NCBI GenBank assembly: GCA_905178155.1
Contig: CAJINV010000001.1
Coordinates: 3,797,706-3,861,705, forward strand
DNA length: 64,000 nucleotides
Source of the DNA: Amoebophrya sp. A120
Lineage: Eukaryota; Protista; Dinoflagellata
Direction of reading: 5' to 3'
The notes beneath the pieces were generated by a model that saw only the letters and a program-made list of their open reading frames with translations, was not told the DNA's origin and searched no databases. Shown here piece after piece: positions 56,601-64,000 of the stretch; within the stretch, counting starts at the first letter, position 1; every line of letters starts with the position of its first letter. The position numbers were made by a program, and so were the translations under genes.

Positions 56601-59359
56601 CACCCACCCACAGCTGATCCGCCGTGCCTGGTCTGCCCCCCACAGCTGCTCCGCCATGGCAGGTCTGCCGCCCGCAGGAGCTGCCGCGCCGCAAAATAAA
56701 TGGCAAGTCGGCCACAGCTGCTGGCCCGCCGTGGCGGGTCTGCCACCCACCCACCCACAGCTGATCCGCCGTGCCTGGTCTGCCCCCCACAGCTGCTCCG
56801 CCATGGCAGGTCTGCCGCCCGCAGGAGCTGCCGCGCCGCAAAATAAATGGCAAGTCGGCCACAGCTGCTGGCCCGCCATCCGATGGCAGGTCCGCCATCC
56901 AGATCGGGCCCCAGCCATTCCCGGGGGGCTTTAAAAATGGACGGCGGGGCTTTGGAAATACTTGTGGGCGGTTCTTTTTTTTCCGCGGGTGTGGCGGTTC
57001 TTTTTCTTCTTTCCCTGCCTTGCATGTTAACAGAAGCAACTTGCTGCGTCGCGTGGAAGACGCTTCCATATTCATACGCCGTTTGCCGCTCCATATTCCT
57101 GTAGTTTCCACTCTACGCCGACGACTTCTACTATACATCTTACCACTCCGCCCAGTTACAAACCAAGCGCCGCGCTTCTTCATTGCACTACTATCGAACA
57201 AACGCGAAAAAAGAAGCATGGGAGCCACTCCCGCCGGCTTTTTTGTCGTGTGTGGCTGGCCTTCGAACTGCTATTCGCATGCCCAGCTCGTTCTCAGGCC
57301 AGGGGTTCGCGCCTGCAAGGCAGCTATTTTGTGGCCTTCATCAGTTTCCCTCGCTCGGTTCCGTCTGGGCGCCGAATGTGTTCTCGGTTGGCCGCGCCCG
57401 TTACTTGATGGGCCGCCAAAATTAAAGTTTAAAAATTCGGGCAGTTTTTGGGTTTATCTCGAGGGCCCAAAGGTTGCGGCTGCGCTCCCCGAATCCGGTC
57501 GCAGTCATGTGGGTGCTCTTCGCGTCGTGTTTTAGGGTTGGGCGCGTCCTGTCCCCGGGGTATTTCGCACGTGTGGTTCCCGAAAGATGTTTGTGTATGC
57601 CGAGGCTCGGTTTGACGAACATGATGGTTGAAAAATGTCAACCATCATGTTCGGACCGGGCAGGAAGAAGTGAGGACGACGCGGCGTCCGAACTCCGGAG
57701 GGGAACATCAAAATGTCTTCTAAAGCGGCATTTTGATGCTCCCGTCCCGGCTTCTGTTCTTCTTCTCATTCTGCTGTCCAAGTCCAAAAGTGTAAAATCC
57801 AATGGGGTTTTACACTACAGGGAAATTAGAGCAGCATGCGCTGTGGGGCAACTTGCTTGCAGATATCATCGGAGAAGGCTGCGCCATACCTTCGACGAAG
57901 CGACCCACTTCGGGGCCCTTTGTTGGAAAAGGGCGCCGAAAATTATCGCTTCGTCGATGGTATCGTAAGCTTTTCCCTGATGATTTCTGCAGAATCTGCT
58001 TCTTTGCGTGAATGCTGCAAAAGGTTCACAAAACTCAGCTCATCGCGTCGGTTCTGCCGGTAAACAGCAGGGCAATTTTTTTAATTTTGCAATGTTGCAA
58101 TTTTGCAATTTTGCGCATCTGGAGCAATTTTGCAATTTTGCAATTTTGCGCATCTGGAGCAATTTTGCAATTTTGTAATTTTGCAATTTTGCAATTTTGC
58201 GCATCTGGAGCAATTTTGCAATTTTGCAATTTTGCGCATCTCGAGCAATTTTGCAATTTTGCAATTTTCGTTTCGGGCGCCCCTTCGGAACGCTAATCCC
58301 CACGGTACGGCCTCCGAAAAAAATTGCTTTTCCTTACCATTTTTGCCTCCCTAACCCTCAAACAGATGCTCGCCAAAAATTGCAAAAATGTTTGTCGGAG
58401 TTGGAAAAATGTTTGTCGGAATTGGAAAAATGTTTGTCGGAGTTGCAAGATTTGTTTGTTGAGTCTTGAGTTGATTTTTGGTTTTTTTTTTTCCTTAGTT
58501 AACATTAGATATTGCGTCTGGGAATGTTGCGGTGCGACGACGTTGGTTTTTTTCGCATGACACCACACATCATCGACATAATTGTACTAGCTACGCATCC
58601 ATCTCATCTTCACGTATTAACATACTTATCTCAGGTATAAGCGACTGGCTTGCCAACAAACAGTGTACCTGTCCGGTTTGTCGCTACGAGCTTGAGACCA
58701 ACGACCTCGAGTTTGAGAAGCGCAAGAAGCAGCAGCCGCAGAGAAAAGCACGATACAAGGAATCCGACCTCAGGCGCATGACTGCCAAGGAGCTGAAGCA
58801 GATTCTGAGCACGCTGCAGATAGACGCGCGGGGCTTCATGGAAAAGCGAGAGTTTGTGGACGCCATAATAGCGTGCACCGACAAAGTCGAAATGGTCGGG
58901 GAGCAAGTCGAGGGTGGCGGGACTACGCCAACTTCTGCATCGGCGGGTGCCGATGGAAATAGTAACGGGCAGAATCCGGAGCAGGCGGACGCACTGGACA
59001 GATACTACGTGGAAGATCTCGAGACCATGAATGTGACGCAGCTAAGGTAGGAATTATACGAAGCATAATTCTGTATACGTTTTTACAATATATTTATGAC
59101 GCAGTATATGATCTAGGAGATGCATTTGAGCAGCTCCTAACGGAGGTGTTGCAGCTTCTTGGTTGAGACACTTATTTCATCTCCTATAAAAAATCCGAAT
59201 CCCAATCCCAATCCCACAACGAACTCCACAAACTACACCAGGAATACGTTCAAGCTTTTCGGTTTGGTCATTCCGAGTTCCGGGAGCCTAGGCAAGGACG
59301 AGTTGATCGGGTTATTGCTCAATTCAGGCAAAATCAGCCCCAGTAAAGCGCCGAGCTGA
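53601..59359 (+). CDS. RING-H2 E3 ubiquitin ligase (RNF115/126/181-like) with SAP/HeH-like repeats; exons 53601..53913, 58635..59046, 59242..59359
   Basis: PPAS..AI.NLP, then CIIC...LPCGHIFCRD|CISDWL...TCPVCRYEL. The RING is split by a 4721-bp GT-AG intron. Confidence 0.88.
54150..54330. repeat. Perfect minisatellite, 25-bp unit x7.2
   Basis: CTAGCCTCTAGCCCTAGCGGCCTGC repeated with no mismatch. Confidence 0.97.
54977..56900. repeat. GC-rich degenerate satellite (GGTC[C/T]GCC / GCCATGGC / CAGCTG subunits) ending in an exact 147-bp tandem duplication (56564..56857)
   Basis: Dozens of recurrences of (T/A)GGTCYGCCRTGGC. Gives overlapping repetitive ORFs on both strands. Confidence 0.92.
57616..58018 (+). 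other. Cluster of four consecutive stem-loops (candidate structured RNA)
   Basis: Inverted repeats at 57616..57653 (16-bp perfect), 57695..57750, 57789..57816 and 57831..58018 (long rod with G-U pairs). Confidence 0.6.
58072..58268. repeat. Hierarchical microsatellite (GCAATTTT)n punctuated four times by GCGCATCT[G/C]GA
   Basis: Directly visible. Confidence 0.95.
58384..58446. repeat. 21-bp tandem repeat x3
   Basis: AAAAATGTTTGTCGGA[G/A]TTG[G/C]. Confidence 0.9.
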
Positions 59360-61113
59360 CATCCAGCCACAATCAGCCACCAGGCCTTGTGGAGGGTCCT
59401 CAGCTTCTGCTAGATGTGGATCGATCTCCAGCGGAGAGTAGAAGAAAGCGGCGAAACAAATGGTTGTACGCCGCACCTACTCGTCACCACTGTACAACAA
59501 GCAGCGACTCGGCGACCGGCGGCACAACCTCATCAAGAACCCCGACAGTAGTCGTGTCTCATGCAAGACTTCTTTGGTCTCTATTAGACTTAGAAGTGAT
59601 GCCCATGCAGCCTGCTCTTCGTTACAACACTGCTGCACAGAGAGGCAGGCTGATGGAGTCGGAACGATTGCACAGAAGTTTTCCTCGCTTCGTTTATTTC
59701 ACATGAGCAACAGCATCCATTTGTGTGCATGTAGCATTTTTCCATGGCGAAGACTCTTGTAGTACCTGAATGATTTCAACATATTTTGCCGGAGATAATT
59801 CTAGCTTCCCCGCTCTTCAACAACATGTTCGTCTACCCGGGTTGAACAATAGCTCTAGCGGATAAAAAAGAAGAAAAACATATTCACATACGGTAGCTTC
59901 TTGGCAATGCGAATGCCAATGGCTTCACCACGAGTAGTTGCTTGTTGACGATGCGTTTACTCTCATGGACGTAAACACATGTTGATGTTTGACAGGACAA
60001 GGGACGACCTTGGTTGGATGCGAGACCTCGTATATGGAAAACGAAAAACGACAGCAAGCCTCAAATTCTTCGATGAGATTGACTAGATAAATTGTAAGAT
60101 GCAGGTGACGCCGGAAAATCATATGTGCTGTGATGCTTCTGTGTGAAAGCAACTAGACGTGAGCAGACGCTGACAGTTAGACTCTTGAGGACCGCAGCTG
60201 ACAAAAGAATCTAGCGACGAGGCATGAAGCCGCACAATTTTTTCAAATCTATCCGCCCACATTGGCTTGGACATGCACATGCTGCAGTGATATGCACCGC
60301 ATTTTTTCCCCTGCCTTTTCTGTCGTGTTTTTCGATTCGATACCCATATTAGCGTTTCTGTTTCAACATCACCGGGAGTTATCCAGTTCCCTTGTTTGTT
60401 GCTCGTTGTTAGTTTTCGACCTAGTTTCAAGTTTGATGAGTGCCCGCGATCAGCTATGAAAGTGTACTTCATTTTTTCGGTCAATTCGCTTTCGCTTCAG
60501 TTTGCCTAAACCATTTATTATTATTTTGGCGACACCGCGCATTGTGCTGGAAAGAGAGATGACGTGTGATCCACCACAGCTGATTTCAGCATGGATCGAG
60601 TTTGGCGGGCGATCCTTTTGATCGTCGCTGGTACGTTTTGAATTGTCTCGATCGTACTTAATAACTGTTCGCAGCTCGAGCTGTGTGATCGCATCCCTCG
60701 CCTCCTTCCTTTCTGACTGGGTACTACCAGGTGAAGATCCTGTCGTTCGACTTTTTTGCCACTCGCTCGTGTCGCATTATTTTTGGTAGGATGCACTATC
60801 ATCATGATCATTTGCATTTATACAGAACATCTGCTCTCTGACGAGTTCCTTCTGTCTATTTCATCCTTCAAGGTTTTTTTGAACATGAAAATGTGAGGAT
60901 GTGGACTCCGTACGAGCTGTCCCCGGGGTTTTCAGCTCGGGTTGTGAAGTTGCTCCTTCATGGAAGTTCTCGTGTGGCAGACGTGCAAAAATAGATAGAG
61001 CAACAGGAGCTGGTTGTCCTGGGGAGAGCCGGCCCCGCGTTTCCTTACCATGTTGACGAGGCGCTGCCAGCAACAGCAAGGAGCCAATACGGTCCTTTCA
61101 CAATCATACCGTG

Positions 61114-63976
61114 ATGGACGACGCGGAGATTATTTCATCAGAAGGTGACGCGGGGCCACCGGGAGGTGAAGCTCCTGCTAGTACCTCCCCTGGCGGTACT
61201 AGAGATGCTGCACCTGGTGGTCTCACGTCCGATGAGAACTATGAGCAGGAAAAGAACAAATATCTGCACGAAGCCCAGGCCGAGGGTGAGGCCGCTGAGC
61301 CGGGACCGCCACGAGGCGGAGCAGCGGGGGAAAGAGACGAAAGCGCCACGGGAGACACAACATCAAGGGGCGGGCGAGGAGCAGAGGCAGATGGAAGAAA
61401 ACAAGCTCATCATCCGCCTGGCGTTCTTGCAGGAGATCATGTCGGCGCCGCGGGAGGCCGAGGCGCTAGCGCTACGACCGGCACCGGTACCCCTCCCGCC
61501 CCGGCCCACGACATCGACCCGGCGACCTTCCCCACCGACTGGGGCTACGTGATCCCGGACGCGCCCAGCATCAAGGACATGGATCCGGAGTTCGTCTTTT
61601 CGTGTCCGAGCAGCCATCCGTTGCGGAACAACCGCGTCGTGCAGGCTGACGTGAAGCGGACCCGGGCCGCGGTGCCCGCCGTGGTGGCGCAACACGGGCG
61701 GCTCGAAACCCTGATCACGAACTATTGCCAGGCCACCGACACCTTCTACCGCCAGGGACTGAACGAGATCCTGGCGCCGTTTCTGTTGCTGGAGCCCGCC
61801 AACGACTTGAAAGCGTTGATCAAGTTTCACGGCTTTTTCGCGAAGTTCTGCGCTCCCTTCTTCGCGGACCAGTTTAAGCAGATGGAGGCGGTCCTGCGCA
61901 CCTTCGACGCTTTATCAAATGCAAAAATGTCTGGGTCTGGAAGAATGCATGTTTGTCATGCTTGTCTGGCATGACTCTTTCTTAAATCTGTCATGCACGT
62001 TACCTTGCTTGACTCTTAAATCAGTGCCTGCACGCACCACCAGAAGTGCGTTGGTACGCCTCTGCTTTTCTGCATGCACCATCAGAAGTGCATTGAATCG
62101 CGAGGGGAGACATTAAGACATTAAGACTACTTGTACTATCGGCTTTCGTGCCACCGGGACGTCCTGCCCGTAGACCACCAATGTCATGCACGTTACCTCC
62201 CAAGAGCCCCATTTTTCTGTCATGCAGAGACGCAGTTTGTCATGCAGAATAGGCAACACCTAGGAGCTCAGAAACTTGCCATGCTGAGTCAACACTTGTG
62301 GCCTCCTCATGATACGCCACCCAGCATCACAAGTTTCCAGACCCAGACATATTTGCCATCCATACGCTTTACTGCTGTACCACTTCCCCGACCTGCACCA
62401 GGAGCTGGCGATCAACGACCTGGAACCAGTCGTGTACGCCACGCCCTGGTTCGTTACCATATTCGCCTCCAAAATGGACGATTTGCGGGAAGTTGTATTT
62501 TTTTTTGTCAGTTTTTCATCTGTCTCTTTAACTTTAGGGGACCACTTCCTTGAAGGAAGTTAAGTTTGTGCAGTCCATCTCCATGATGGATGCTTGTCGA
62601 CATATTTTCTTTACTCTCTCCCCCTGCACGACCAGGTGCGGCTGTGGAAGTTTTACTGCATCCGCAACGACCCCGCGTACGTGGCCTTCATCGGTCTGGC
62701 CATGCTGAAGCGCGCCAAGGGAGAGATTTTGCGGACCGACGTGTCCGCGCTACCCGGGCTGCTCGCATCGCTGGCGCCCCTTCCCGTGGACGAGGTGTTT
62801 CTCGTCGCGGACGAGCTGTACCAGCAGACCCCGGCCGTGTTCGCCACACACATCCGGTACCAGTTGCCCTGGCAGAGTCCCCTCCCGCCCACCGGCGACC
62901 CGCTCGACGCGGCCACCTACCTGCAAGACTGGGACTTCCGCGCCGCAGCGAGCAGTGGCGGGTTCTACTCCGACCCGGAGCAGGAACAGGACCTGGAAGA
63001 TCATTCCGAAACCGGTCGCGAAATAGTAATTAAGTCACCATCTTCCCCGAGGAATGGCGAGGACGGAGGTGTTAATTCGGCTGCAAACGTCGCCGCGACG
63101 GCGTTGACGACGCTGGCCGGCTTCGGCCACAGTGCCAGCGGCGGGTCGTTTTTTTCGTCTGGGACTTCCAACTCGGGCAACCGGAGCCCGGCAGCAGAGC
63201 TCTACCACCGCCAGAACAACAACTTCCAAACGTCGGTCGGGGCCGGATCCACGAGGGTCGTCGGGCTCACGGCCACGGAAGCGCTGCAGATGCTGCATTC
63301 AGGGAGCGGGAAAAAGCGGATCCACGAGTTGCAGATGATGCTTATCGATAACCGCCCGCTGCGGGATTTCGAGGACAACGGGCGGCTCCCGAGCGCCGTG
63401 CACTGCGAGGACGCGCTCACGCTGCACAAAATGTTCTCGGAACAGCATGAAATAACGGGTCCAAGCAGTACCGGTGACTTGCTGGTGGACCAGGGGAGTA
63501 GAACTGATCGTGTAGATGGTGGAGTGAGCCAGCAGCTGAATGTAGGGTCGTCCAGGACCGCCTCAAGAAATAGTGACGAGCCGCGGAACAACGGAGATCA
63601 TCATGAAGGGACGAGCGCGGCCGTGTCTGACAAAATAAATCTGAAAACTGCCACAGTTCATCATCAACTTGAAGGTGCCTCTAGCTCAACGTCACTGCGT
63701 TCCCCAGTAAATAACAACCACTCGCCGACGAGTAGTTCCTTGTCTACGCCGAACCACTCGGGCGCGCAGCTGTTGAGCCGCTTCCGGCACTACCGGAAAG
63801 TGCACCTGTGCGTCATCAGCAAGAACCTCGCGTACGAAGCCGCTTTCCGCTACCAGATTCCCTTTGTGTCCTACGTCAAGGGCGGCTACGCAGCGTTACA
63901 CGACGCGGCGCTGGAGCAGAAAATGGAAATGATCAACCACGACCGGGACAAGTGTTACTGGTGCGCCCCGGCATGA
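61114..63976 (+). CDS. TBC (Rab-GAP) domain + rhodanese-like domain protein, TBC1D23/TBCK-like; exons 61114..61912, 62370..62494, 62636..63976
   Basis: VQADVKRTR, YRQGLNEILAPF, LLLYHFPDL, YATPWFVTIFAS. Rhodanese-like IDNRP...GRLPSA.H...VKGGY. Confidence 0.85.
61913..62364. mobile_element. Introner/MITE, family A (longest copy)
   Basis: TATCAAATGCAAAAATGTCTGGGTCTGGAA ... TTCCAGACCCAGACATATTTGCCATCCATA. DR CGCTT. Excision gives FDA|LLLYHFP. Confidence 0.92.
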
Positions 63977-64000
63977 TATCTTCCGGGAAAAAAACTGCGA

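Noticed and set aside
57105-57130. 'LYADD' reverse-transcriptase-like motif in the large intron
   Set aside because: An in-frame stop lies three codons upstream, and no QG or other RT motifs are nearby. Likely chance.
54325-57535. Many long overlapping ORFs (up to 401 aa) on both strands
   Set aside because: By-product of stop-poor GC satellite DNA inside an intron. Repetitive, with no domain signal.
57977-58000. Hammerhead ribozyme core (CTGATGA)
   Set aside because: No stem II followed by GAAA, and the motif is buried in a long helix.
58349-58360. Telomere-like CCCTAACCCTCA
   Set aside because: Fewer than two full units, so not significant.
1-64000. Autonomous transposase for the introners; rRNA, tRNA or snRNA genes
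   Set aside because: No DDE/integrase ORF and no recognisable RNA-gene signature seen by eye. An HMM/Infernal scan is needed to exclude them.

Overview
Eukaryotic, gene-dense window with about 20 protein-coding genes. Every gene I can support is on the + strand, and most are spliced. The dominant feature is a set of 16 short (111-452 bp) MITE-like elements inserted in coding exons. Each is bounded by 5'-TAT...ATA-3' inverted repeats (one end degenerate) and a 5-bp direct repeat. Removing element + one repeat copy restores the reading frame in every case, often through conserved motifs (KTIGD, LLQNILP, LLLYHFP), with junctions that are not GT-AG. They coexist with ordinary GT-AG introns. This architecture matches the non-canonical 'introner' introns reported for the parasitic dinoflagellate Amoebophrya (Syndiniales); the taxon is inferred, not proven. 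Details visible in the sequence: the same element family occurs in both orientations within sense genes; five unrelated TIR families share one internal motif (TTTGT[C/A/G]ATGC) in multiple copies; and the TIRs are bipartite. Recognisable genes: aspartic protease (3' end), MYND-finger protein, two PAP2 phosphatases, FAM151/menorin-like protein, CHERP, MIF/tautomerase-like protein, SRSF3/7-like SR protein, membrane class III nucleotide cyclase, RING-H2 ligase, TBC+rhodanese protein, mL59-like protein, and a three-member F-box-like family. The RING gene has a 4.7-kb intron filled with satellites and a strongly structured hairpin region. All gene models were spliced by eye.
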